Shown here piece by piece: positions 31,501 through 40,063 of a stretch of 64,000 bases of DNA. The stretch is from Bdellovibrionales bacterium (lineage in GTDB: Bacteria; Bdellovibrionota; Bdellovibrionia; Bdellovibrionales; JAUICD01). The notes below the pieces were generated by a model. That model was not told the DNA's origin. It ran no database searches and saw nothing but the letters and a program-made list of their open reading frames with translations. The position numbers and the translations under genes are program-made. Location: positions 480,001 through 544,000 of the forward strand of contig OZ253553.1 of the NCBI GenBank assembly GCA_965262715.1. Direction: 5' to 3'. Each line of letters opens with the position of its first letter. The stretch's first letter is position 1.

Positions 31501-31676
31501 GTAGTATTAGCTTCACAGGTGGAAAATGTCCAAAACCTAGTGGGAACTGTACTCCAAACGATGGAGATATGACTGGGGAAGCAGCTACATCAAGAGATAT
31601 AAGTTGTATTGCCTGTGATTCTAGTACGACATGCTGTCCGGGAGATTCTAGCGTGACTAATCCTAATTGCCCTTAA
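28527..31676 (+). CDS. Giant prepilin-type protein with Cys-rich C-terminus (putative pilus-associated adhesin), paralog 1
   Basis: RSRESG|MMLVEVILIAVF class III signal motif (G-1, E+5) + hydrophobic helix; many Cys in the last ~350 aa; true start uncertain. Confidence 0.75.
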   Translation: MVSFLRRMNCLTSKINSLVNLKLFNRLSNLKKTVTSLTFFSVGIKFYVRSRESGMMLVEVILIAVFLLGTALGATYFFTQTEVTMKSSSQVIECQTIVKQALEDVVSLGTRLYGYKIKHDTSNLSYTPLFITKDSKAYNVDDNIKDVGDGSELSFPPEMYQELYRNLVGMDIDPPIKVSPESNTGKPIISDRNTHPIEVSTSTLIVNSTNVLQYLYNADPAYSTGDGKLLNNNNGLISSVLQKYKEQFDLSNIELYLKITPVKGNTVISTMPVLTRPYFLANSNEISSDLTILGEAGIGFEVRVKLQYESNNQEFTCDGAHQFHHQTTGESGNPTALDVTLKGLKNGTGKDFLQDASLVKTSCDTYGGGYEDITVTLDFNTLTKSQQFGTVILCQMNTYCRSEGDDGDYTDPKSGAICTPEKGRFQRCHNINPKPSSDQEWTFKSKLESEQVLVLQFNDMKDNRRYDLNVAEFALDGEILRSSQKFIFYIDERRPYVGDRQITGDDVGLPTDNIKERDYNGPFTNWKKPVDSPNDKWLQCNKQPVDFGITIEDQFTHNLRNCDISWKREDGAGSTSSAPVTSTFDSPNGTCKGSLGTIEQGRQTIQFNPKDTCEPGPWNTENLVWDTDLPSSYKVQDFPSTIWLPGNSQDGYAIDTIVPAKNQVGKLPKHYSVDCQENYMGNNPRDDGDGKPLQCKIINTYAGNDDGAKLNTVGVRYYHVCGNQGKSCQNTTKRTDWGIYNPDDSSCDVTCGPQSSCCRGLPCEFDYGATGIQKSDDVSSPQNRLKLSKALGDCVKISGSGCYTSTAPTTGAYVGTCMKSFCSIGCSNPVGGTQTGKLAQGEGGSVKDDPRYPERKTRQDFRDNDPGCPPSGVCNCSYNAPCKADQPFEEYERVTSSCNGLREGADCSFTQKYRCQLDNPARQTTDAPYSGTCVYLTMRTGPVPMGVSCTVPARCTNGQYKRDNNGNLVFDANGQMIYECLSVYEPGNTFTCSISFTGGKCPKPSGNCTPNDGDMTGEAATSRDISCIACDSSTTCCPGDSSVTNPNCP

Positions 31677-31877
31677 GCATTGAGGAATTTGTCATCTGAA
31701 AAGTTCTCTTATTTTCATATTTATTTAGAATTCATCTCAAAATTACATCACCAAGCTTTGATAACATATATTCTGAGGTAATTCGATCAGCTTACTTCGT
31801 TTGCCAGAATATTGAATTTTGTATGAAGTTGAGTTATGCTTATTTTAAAATACGAAACTTATTTTTTGAGGACCCTT

Positions 31878-31952
31878 GTGTCATGCAACTCTTATCAAGG
31901 GGATGCTTGTTGTACAACGCTTCCATGTGAGTTTGAGTTTGGTAGTATAGGG
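31878..31952 (+). pseudogene. Orphan fragment of a further prepilin-like paralog
   Basis: Encodes CCTTLPCEFEFGSIG, similar to CCRGLPCEFDYGATG of paralog 1. Confidence 0.55.
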
Positions 31953-32137
31953 GAGACTGCGGAGACTGCGTAAAGTTGTAAAGCTTGCGTAAGGTGAGTT
32001 AATTAAGTGCTTATACAAATCACAAAATGTTTGCTAGGGAGTTTACTATCACTCAATTGATAATTAGTTGTGACCAACTATCAATTAGGTGATAATTAGT
32101 TCTTGCATATTATTTCAAGAGTGTTACTCTTACGAAT

Positions 32138-33328
32138 ATGAGTGGAATAAAAGAGAGGTATTTAAAGTTTGTTATTCAGAAGGACGCCCTTAAGCGGAAG
32201 AAAATGGCTTTTGTAAGCGGTCCTCGTCAAGTGGGAAAGACCATACTCGGCAAAAGCTTACTTCAATCAGAAGAAAACTATTTTTCATGGGATCATGTTC
32301 ACTTTCGTAAGATGTGGCTTCGTCGGCCTCAAGGTATTCTTACAGAGATCAAAGATGGACCAATAGTTTTTGATGAGCTTCACAAGCATATAAGGTGGAA
32401 ATCTCATTTAAAAGGTTTGTATGATACTTACAAAGAGGAAATAGAAATTATTGTAATAGGTTCTGCTCGTCTTGATATTTATAGAAAAGGCAATGACAGT
32501 CTGCTTGGCAGATATTTTCCTTATCGCCTACATCCTTTTTCTGTTGCAGAGGGTTTGCAATCTCCTTCTCCAGATCAAATTTTCCGCAGCAAATCTCGTA
32601 TATCATATCCATGGAAGGACCTCATGTTTTTAGGAGGTTTTCCAGAGCCTCTTTTAACAGGCAGGGAAAAAGAAGCTGAACGCTGGTCTCGCTTGCGGTT
32701 AGACAGGTTAGTTTTTGAAGACACTCGTGATATAAAAAACATCTCTAACTTGAATGCCTTTCAAACACTATTGGATTTAATTCCAGAAAGAGTTGGTTCT
32801 TTGTTTTCTTACAATGCTCTTTGTGAGGATATACAGGTGGCATATGCTACATCCCGTCAGTGGGTTTTGTTATCAGAGACATTATATTATGGATTTTTTG
32901 TACGTCCTTATGCTAAGAAACTTAAAAGCTCTATACACAGTATGCCTAAATATTATCTGTATGACATTTTACAAATCCATAAGAAAAATATAAGTCAAAG
33001 GTTAGAAAACTTAACAGCCTTACACCTTTTAAAAGCTGTGCAGTTTTGGACAGATACAGCGCAAGGGTTTTTTCAATTACATTTTATTAGGGATAAAAAG
33101 AAAAGGGAGGTTGATTTTTTAATCACAAGAGATAAAGTCCCTTGGATGCTTGTTGAGTGCAAATCAGGCTCTAAGACACCATCACCTCATTTAAGCTATT
33201 ATGCTGAAAAATTAGGGACTACTCGTAACTACCAGCTTGTGGAAGATGGATCTTATGATAGAAAGTATCGTATAAAACCTTCCGTCAGAGTTTTAAGTTA
33301 TCAAAAATTCTTTTCTCATTTTGTTTAA
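32138..33328 (+). CDS. AAA+ ATPase (AAA_14 + DUF4143-like)
   Basis: GPRQVGKT, FDELH, GSA, GGFPE, REVDF..VECK. Confidence 0.9.
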   Translation: MSGIKERYLKFVIQKDALKRKKMAFVSGPRQVGKTILGKSLLQSEENYFSWDHVHFRKMWLRRPQGILTEIKDGPIVFDELHKHIRWKSHLKGLYDTYKEEIEIIVIGSARLDIYRKGNDSLLGRYFPYRLHPFSVAEGLQSPSPDQIFRSKSRISYPWKDLMFLGGFPEPLLTGREKEAERWSRLRLDRLVFEDTRDIKNISNLNAFQTLLDLIPERVGSLFSYNALCEDIQVAYATSRQWVLLSETLYYGFFVRPYAKKLKSSIHSMPKYYLYDILQIHKKNISQRLENLTALHLLKAVQFWTDTAQGFFQLHFIRDKKKREVDFLITRDKVPWMLVECKSGSKTPSPHLSYYAEKLGTTRNYQLVEDGSYDRKYRIKPSVRVLSYQKFFSHFV

Positions 33329-33424
33329 GAATATATCTATCTTATTTTTAATCTCTTCTGGTTTCTAGGATATGTTGATATTTTATTAGAAGCGGTCTCA
33401 AAAATGAAAATATAAGAAGTTGTC

Positions 33425-33586
33425 CTGTTTCCCTAAAAATGAACTGGCCTCTCGAGGCGAGCCTCTGGCCATTTTTGGACAATCAGCCTGAAGACTTACA
33501 TCTTCAAGAAAATGCTGATTGTCTCAAAAACCTGTTCATTTTTAGGAAGGAGATTCTCTTCGTTTTTTTACATGATGTTAAGGAAA
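33425..33586 (-). repeat. Structured element family A copy
   Basis: Minus: CCTAAAAATGAAC/GTTCATTTTTAGG, GACAATCAGC/GCTGATTGTC, TTGAAGAT-GTAA-GTCTTCAG. Confidence 0.8.
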
Positions 33587-33758
33587 TTGTTTCTGAAAAC
33601 TTGGTTACTTTTTAACAAATTACCAATAAACTTAAAGTTGTCCTGTTGAGAGACAGATATTTTATCAATTCGCAACAAGTTTATAAATTTCTGAACTTAA
33701 ATGTTGTCTTAATACTAGACTAGATAGTCCAGTGTCTTAATGATTTCAGCTACTTAGC

Positions 33759-33922
33759 AGTGTAACTTACGTACATAAGTTACAGTCCTGTAACCTTAAA
33801 ATCATTGATGTTTTTGGCCATTTTCCATACCAATGACCGTCAATGAAAACCTCATTCTCTTATCCTATATCGGTAGTTATTTCAATAACTTAATACTGTA
33901 ACTTTTGTACGTAAGTTACAGT
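33759..33922. promoter_or_regulatory. Second copy of the inverted 11-6-11 site pair with internal sigma-28-like promoter
   Basis: Sites at 33759-33786 and 33895-33922; promoter on minus at 33893-33867. Confidence 0.6.
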
Positions 33923-34154
33923 CCAGTTGAGCTAAAAAGCAGCCTTTTGGCTTGGTATTTAAGGTTTTCATTTTTGATATTCTTGGTCATCTTTCCTTTC
34001 AATTTATGCGCTTTGAGAAGACATATAATAAAAGAAAAATGATATAGAAAGTTAAATTTTTTATTATCTCAAATAATATTTATTTTTTGTTAATTAGAGA
34101 GTTTTTTATCATGAAGATGTTTTTAGTAAGTATGATTGGTGAAAGATATAATAT

Positions 34155-37100
34155 GTGATGTTAAAGTGGGAGATAGTTATTGTGGCACCGTTTTTTCAAA
34201 GGATAAATTGTCTTACTTCTAAAATTGATTCTTCAGTTAGCCTCAAACTATTTAACTATTTAAAAAAGACAATCACCTCTCCTAATTCCTTTAGTATAGG
34301 AATCAAATTCTATGCTCATTCTCGTGAGAGAGGAATGATGCTGGTAGAAGTTATCTTAATAGCTGTTTTTTTAGTTGCAACAGTAACAGGAGTTGCTTAT
34401 TTCTTTGCTCAAACAAAGACGACTATGAGTTCTTCTTCTCAGGTTATGGAATGTCAATTTATTGTAAAGCAGGCTCTAGAAAATGCCGTTTCACTAGGCA
34501 CAAGACTTTATGGCTATAAAATAAAACATCACAATCCCAACTTAAGATATGATCCTTTGTTTATAACCAAAAATGCAAAGGCTTATGATGTGGACGATAA
34601 TATAAAAAGTACCGGAAGGGGAAGTCAGTTGAACTTCCCTCCTCATATGTACCAAAGTCTTTATAAGAATCTTGTAGGGATGGATATATCTACACCTATA
34701 AAAGTCAGTCCTGAAACCAATACAGGAAAAATTCTTATCAGCGATAAAAGTTTACATCCCATTGAAATATCTACTTCCACATTGATTGTTAATTCTATCA
34801 ACGCTTTGCAATATCTTTACAACTCTGATCCTGATTATTCCATGAATAATGGTAAAAATGTAAGTTCTTCTATTTATAAGAAATACGAAGAACGATTTAA
34901 ACTAGATAATATGCAGTTTTATGTGAAGATCACACCTGTAAAAGATACTACTGTTTTGAGTGTAAGACCTATTTTAACTCGACCGCGTTTTCCCCAAAAT
35001 TCTAATGCTATCTCTTCAGATCTAACAATATTAGGAGAGGTGGATATTGGATTTGAAGTGAAAGCCCAATTAGAATATCAAACAAATCAGCAGAACTTTT
35101 CTTGTGATGCAAAGCGAAGATTCAATCATCAGATGACAGGAGAAAGTGGAAACCCTAAAGCTTTAGATGTCACTTTAAGTGGTTTAAAAAATGGAGCTGG
35201 TAAAGATTTTCTACAAGATGCAAGTTTAGTAAAGACATCTTGTGACACATACGGTGGTGGATATAAAGATATAACTGTGACATTGGATTTCAACACAGTG
35301 ACAGAAAGTCCTCAAATAGGAACTGTGATTTTATGTCAGATGAACTCTTACTGTAGAAGTGAAGGGGATGATGGTGATTACACTCATCTTGGAACAACCT
35401 GCACACCAGAGATGGGGCAATGGCAGAGATGTCATCACATTCAACCAAAAACAAATTCTGATCAGAGTTGGATATTTAAAGCTAAGTTAAAAGCTCAACA
35501 GGAATTAACATTGCAATTTCATGATATGAAAATCAATAGAAGGTATGATTTAAATATAGCTGAGTTTGCTATAGATGGGGAGAAAGTCAGAGAGCAAAAA
35601 GTTATATTTTATATAGATTCAGGCAGGAGACCTTATATAGATCTAGCTGATAGAAAAATCACAGACGATAATGTGGGACTACCTGATGATAATCAGAAAG
35701 GACGTAATTATAATGGACCTAACACTGATTGGAAGATCCCAACAGATGCACTTTCAGATGAATGGTTGCAATGCAATCAAAATGATGTGGACTTTGAAGC
35801 CACGTTAAAAGATCAATTCACTCATAATTTAAAAAATTGTGATACAGAAGGAATCAGAAAAGATGGTAATGGTGATAGCGTTATAACGGCTGATATAACA
35901 AATCACATCTCTGAGGGGCAATTTTGTAAAAGCACATTAGCTTCTATACAGCATGGAAGACAAACGATCACTTTCAAACCAAAAGACACTTGTGGATATG
36001 GAACCCCTAGAGATTTGGTATGGGATACAGATTTGCCAAGTACATTCGAGTCAAAAGGGTTTTTTGATGATAGTGATGAAGATCCTAATGATGGTGTGAT
36101 ATGGTTAAGAACACAGACAGGTTATCCCATAAAGACAAAGGTTCCAGTAAAGACAACATCTGGAAAATTTCCAAAACATTATTCTTTGGATTGCCAAGAT
36201 AAATATATAGGTAATGTAATGAGAGATGATGGCAATGGTGGGCCTTTAGTCTGTACTCTCACGAATGCTAATGCAAGTGATGCTGATGGAGCTAATCCTG
36301 GTGACCTTAGTATGAAATTTTATCACGTGTGTGGAACAAGTGAATGCACGGAGTCAAAATGGGCTGTTTACCCGCCGGTGGGTGGACCTTGTATAAATGT
36401 AGAATGTGAAGGCGGTTATATTTGTTGTAATGATTCACAAGGAGGAGATTGTGGAGGAGTCCAACATCAACAGTGTCAAGAAGACAAATGGCCACATGAA
36501 TGTGATGAGCCTCCTTGTGGATCAAATACTTCTGGTTTGGAGGGATGTCCTCCTTATGGGCTTTATGATTGTGGTTATGGTTATTGGCAGTGTGTAGGTC
36601 CTAAGGATGAGCATGGGCATAGGTATGATGATATTGACTGCTCATGTGCTACATCAGCAGGACCGAAATGTGGTAATGGTGGTAGTTTCGGTGTTGACCC
36701 TATGGATAAGACTGTTGTAACTTGTACAGGAGGAGGTTTTCCATCCATTGGAACAGGTTATCAGGTAGTCATCACTGCAGGAATAAGACCAAATCAAAGC
36801 TGCTCAAATTGTTTTGCTAAAAACTTAGACACAGGTAACCTTGAAGAACCTAAGTATAAATGTAGTACTTCTTTCTACAAGAGTTGTGGTTATAGTGATA
36901 ATCCACAACCATGTTCTTTTTTTCCTGGCTCTCACGCTTGTACAGGTGCACCAATGTGTCTAAGAGAGGGTTATGATCCAAATTCAGCAGATTGTCTTCG
37001 ATGGGATAGTCCTCAAGAAACAGTGTGTTTGGAAGCATGTCTTGAACGGGAAGACCCATATGAATTATTGTGTACAGGTAGCTTTATAGGAGGAAAATGT

Positions 37101-37187
37101 CAACCACCAGGAGGAGGTTGTAGTCCACGTCCACGTGGAGGTGGCGACAAAACCAAAGAAAAAGCCACTGACCGATCTGCTTGCTAG
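34155..37187 (+). CDS. Giant prepilin-type Cys-rich protein, paralog 2 (homology continues past the TAG to 37253)
   Basis: HSRERG|MMLVEVILIAVF; N-terminal two-thirds clearly homologous to paralog 1, Cys-rich region divergent. Confidence 0.75.
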   Translation: MMLKWEIVIVAPFFQRINCLTSKIDSSVSLKLFNYLKKTITSPNSFSIGIKFYAHSRERGMMLVEVILIAVFLVATVTGVAYFFAQTKTTMSSSSQVMECQFIVKQALENAVSLGTRLYGYKIKHHNPNLRYDPLFITKNAKAYDVDDNIKSTGRGSQLNFPPHMYQSLYKNLVGMDISTPIKVSPETNTGKILISDKSLHPIEISTSTLIVNSINALQYLYNSDPDYSMNNGKNVSSSIYKKYEERFKLDNMQFYVKITPVKDTTVLSVRPILTRPRFPQNSNAISSDLTILGEVDIGFEVKAQLEYQTNQQNFSCDAKRRFNHQMTGESGNPKALDVTLSGLKNGAGKDFLQDASLVKTSCDTYGGGYKDITVTLDFNTVTESPQIGTVILCQMNSYCRSEGDDGDYTHLGTTCTPEMGQWQRCHHIQPKTNSDQSWIFKAKLKAQQELTLQFHDMKINRRYDLNIAEFAIDGEKVREQKVIFYIDSGRRPYIDLADRKITDDNVGLPDDNQKGRNYNGPNTDWKIPTDALSDEWLQCNQNDVDFEATLKDQFTHNLKNCDTEGIRKDGNGDSVITADITNHISEGQFCKSTLASIQHGRQTITFKPKDTCGYGTPRDLVWDTDLPSTFESKGFFDDSDEDPNDGVIWLRTQTGYPIKTKVPVKTTSGKFPKHYSLDCQDKYIGNVMRDDGNGGPLVCTLTNANASDADGANPGDLSMKFYHVCGTSECTESKWAVYPPVGGPCINVECEGGYICCNDSQGGDCGGVQHQQCQEDKWPHECDEPPCGSNTSGLEGCPPYGLYDCGYGYWQCVGPKDEHGHRYDDIDCSCATSAGPKCGNGGSFGVDPMDKTVVTCTGGGFPSIGTGYQVVITAGIRPNQSCSNCFAKNLDTGNLEEPKYKCSTSFYKSCGYSDNPQPCSFFPGSHACTGAPMCLREGYDPNSADCLRWDSPQETVCLEACLEREDPYELLCTGSFIGGKCQPPGGGCSPRPRGGGDKTKEKATDRSAC

Positions 37188-37437
37188 CATTGTAACTCTA
37201 AGCAAAAATGCTGTTCTGGTGATTCTTACCCCAGCAATCCTAATTGCTCTTAAGCATTGAAGAGCTTGCCATCTGAGAAGTTCTCATAAGGTGAGTTAAT
37301 TAAGTGCTTATACAAATCACAAAATTTTTGCTAGGGGATTTACTATCATTCAATTGATAATTAGTTCTTGCATAGTTTGTTTAAGGATATACCTATGAAG
37401 CCATCTCAAAAGTACTGTTAAAGATATAAAGGTAAAT
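36659..37437 (+). repeat. 779-bp direct repeat, left flank of IS1634
   Basis: Matches 39273-40051 throughout by eye and abuts the IS terminus exactly. Confidence 0.93.
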
Positions 37438-39272
37438 CCTGAGTTTGGCAGTTGAAAAAATAAAGTTGAATAATTTTAATTACTTAAAGGCGCATTGGAA
37501 TTTTGTGCCACTAGGTTTTTGTTTTGTGGTAGAGATTTAAGAGATTTTTTGTAGGTCTAAGTAGATTCTACTTTAAGTTGTTTTGATGGGATCTTTGCTC
37601 CTATAGCTTTAAATACATCAGCGTTATTGCCATAAATGTCTGTTCTTATCCAAATAGTTTTGTCTTTATATTTGACAGGTATAGCTCGTACTTCTTTCAG
37701 CTTTAACATAGCTTCTGCCACACTCAATGGCCTTGATTTTATTCTCTTATCTGTCCAATGAAACATAGGACGTGTTTTTAATGTACCCTTCAATTCTCTA
37801 AATGAATTCTCTATTTTCCATAACTGCTTATAGTTCATTATAATCTCTTCAGAACTTAAATTATCTGTATTTGTAATTATTCCAAAAAAACCATCTGTCC
37901 TCTCTGATTGTTCTATGGCTGACTTATTTAAAGTAGGTTTGCTTTTACTCTTAGGATGAACAATATACTTCTTATAATTACTATTAGATAAAAAAGATCT
38001 TGTGCTTATGGACTTCTTTGATAATTGAGCTTCTATTTTAGATAGAATATCTTCTCTTACTTTCTTATCTCGTTCTGCTCTCTTTCTCGACCAGGTAATT
38101 ATACAACGATCATTATTATAACTTGTCTCGTATATAGCTAAATCTTCATTTATAAATTTAAAATTCTTTAAATTGTATATCTCTGCATGACGATCCTTTA
38201 ATAAACCTAGCTTTAAACCTACTATAAATTCATCTCCCTTTGCTTTTAATGATTGGAGATTCTCATTAGAAAATAAACCTCTATCTCCTACTAATATAAA
38301 TCTTCTGATCTTAAACTTCTTTTTTAGCTTCTCCATAACTGAAGGTATGGTTTTACCTTCAAAGGTATTTCCAGGATAAACATCAAAGCCTAAGGGCATA
38401 CCTTCTGTATCTACTAAAAGTCCAAATACCACTTGTGTACAATCACTCCTCTTCTCTTTGCTATAACCAAATCTTCGAAGATTATCTAAATCCTCTCGGG
38501 TACTCTCAAATCTCAATGTCGTTAAATCATACAAAATAACATCACACTCATTGAAAAAACTTAACTGAGACTTACCTTGTGTATAAAGAGTCTTCTCTAT
38601 ATCTTCCTTATGCTTACTTAGAATATCTAAAGAACGATAAATATCATCGATCTTAAGATCCTTCTCTAAAAAATCAGGGTAAAATAACTTTTGCCAATGA
38701 GAATATAACTTTAACTTAGAACATGGCTCTATGAATCGATTCACAACCAATGTAAAAACTATCTTCATAAAATCAAATGAAACTTTAGGATGCTTCTGCT
38801 TCAAATCTGTTAATAATTCATAGAGGTTTAATTGTTTGAAAATAGTATCTATAATAAGTAAGGGGCCTAATATAAAAGTGTCTTTAACATCAATCTCTTT
38901 AGCTATTTCACTGGCAGATACAACATCTAAATGACGGCTTATAAGTTTAGATATGTCTTCTAATCGAGCATCTTTAGCCCGGCCTAAAGACATGAGGGTT
39001 CTGTGGTTACTTTTACCATCTTTCCAATAGCTTTCAGCTATGTGATAGTAAGTTTGGCCTCTGGAGTTTTTTGTCTTCTTTATGAACATAGAGATATACT
39101 AGAATATAAAAATAAAAAATCAAGTAAAATAAGCGTATAACGCAATGTATATATAAAGTTTGTTTCACTAGGTTTTTGACCAAAATTAAAAACCAATAAC
39201 TCCTAACTACTGTAAATAAAGCATTCCTTAAAAAAAATATCCCGAAAATTCAAATCAACTGCCAAACTCAGG
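37438..39272 (-). mobile_element. IS1634-family insertion sequence (1835 bp)
   Basis: Perfect 18-bp TIRs CCTGAGTTTGGCAGTTGA (37438-37455) and TCAACTGCCAAACTCAGG (39255-39272). Confidence 0.93.
37557..39089 (-). CDS. IS1634-family transposase, possibly with an internal deletion
   Basis: YDLTTLRFE, FGYSKEKRSD..QV, YPGN.FE, VGDRG, YKQLWKIE.SFR.LK..L..RPMFHW. Confidence 0.92.
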   Translation of the reverse strand: MFIKKTKNSRGQTYYHIAESYWKDGKSNHRTLMSLGRAKDARLEDISKLISRHLDVVSASEIAKEIDVKDTFILGPLLIIDTIFKQLNLYELLTDLKQKHPKVSFDFMKIVFTLVVNRFIEPCSKLKLYSHWQKLFYPDFLEKDLKIDDIYRSLDILSKHKEDIEKTLYTQGKSQLSFFNECDVILYDLTTLRFESTREDLDNLRRFGYSKEKRSDCTQVVFGLLVDTEGMPLGFDVYPGNTFEGKTIPSVMEKLKKKFKIRRFILVGDRGLFSNENLQSLKAKGDEFIVGLKLGLLKDRHAEIYNLKNFKFINEDLAIYETSYNNDRCIITWSRKRAERDKKVREDILSKIEAQLSKKSISTRSFLSNSNYKKYIVHPKSKSKPTLNKSAIEQSERTDGFFGIITNTDNLSSEEIIMNYKQLWKIENSFRELKGTLKTRPMFHWTDKRIKSRPLSVAEAMLKLKEVRAIPVKYKDKTIWIRTDIYGNNADVFKAIGAKIPSKQLKVEST

Positions 39273-40051
39273 AGGACCGAAATGTGGTAATGGTGGTAGT
39301 TTCGGTGTTGACCCTATGGATAAGACTGTTGTAACTTGTACAGGAGGAGGTTTTCCATCCATTGGAACAGGTTATCAGGTAGTCATCACTGCAGGAATAA
39401 GACCAAATCAAAGCTGCTCAAATTGTTTTGCTAAAAACTTAGACACAGGTAACCTTGAAGAACCTAAGTATAAATGTAGTACTTCTTTCTACAAGAGTTG
39501 TGGTTATAGTGATAATCCACAACCATGTTCTTTTTTTCCTGGCTCTCACGCTTGTACAGGTGCACCAATGTGTCTAAGAGAGGGTTATGATCCAAATTCA
39601 GCAGATTGTCTTCGATGGGATAGTCCTCAAGAAACAGTGTGTTTGGAAGCATGTCTTGAACGGGAAGACCCATATGAATTATTGTGTACAGGTAGCTTTA
39701 TAGGAGGAAAATGTCAACCACCAGGAGGAGGTTGTAGTCCACGTCCACGTGGAGGTGGCGACAAAACCAAAGAAAAAGCCACTGACCGATCTGCTTGCTA
39801 GCATTGTAACTCTAAGCAAAAATGCTGTTCTGGTGATTCTTACCCCAGCAATCCTAATTGCTCTTAAGCATTGAAGAGCTTGCCATCTGAGAAGTTCTCA
39901 TAAGGTGAGTTAATTAAGTGCTTATACAAATCACAAAATTTTTGCTAGGGGATTTACTATCATTCAATTGATAATTAGTTCTTGCATAGTTTGTTTAAGG
40001 ATATACCTATGAAGCCATCTCAAAAGTACTGTTAAAGATATAAAGGTAAAT
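39273..40051 (+). repeat. 779-bp direct repeat, right flank of IS1634; carries a duplicated 3' end of paralog 2 (ORF 39316..39801)
   Basis: Matches 36659-37437. Confidence 0.93.
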
Positions 40052-40063
40052 GGTTATTTTGCT

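Noticed and set aside
39316..39801. Independent 161-aa Cys-rich gene
   Set aside because: It is the duplicated 3' end of 34155..37187 inside the IS flanking repeat
36659..40051. Diversity-generating retroelement template/variable repeat pair
   Set aside because: Copies show no adenine-specific differences, there is no reverse transcriptase, and the repeats abut the IS ends
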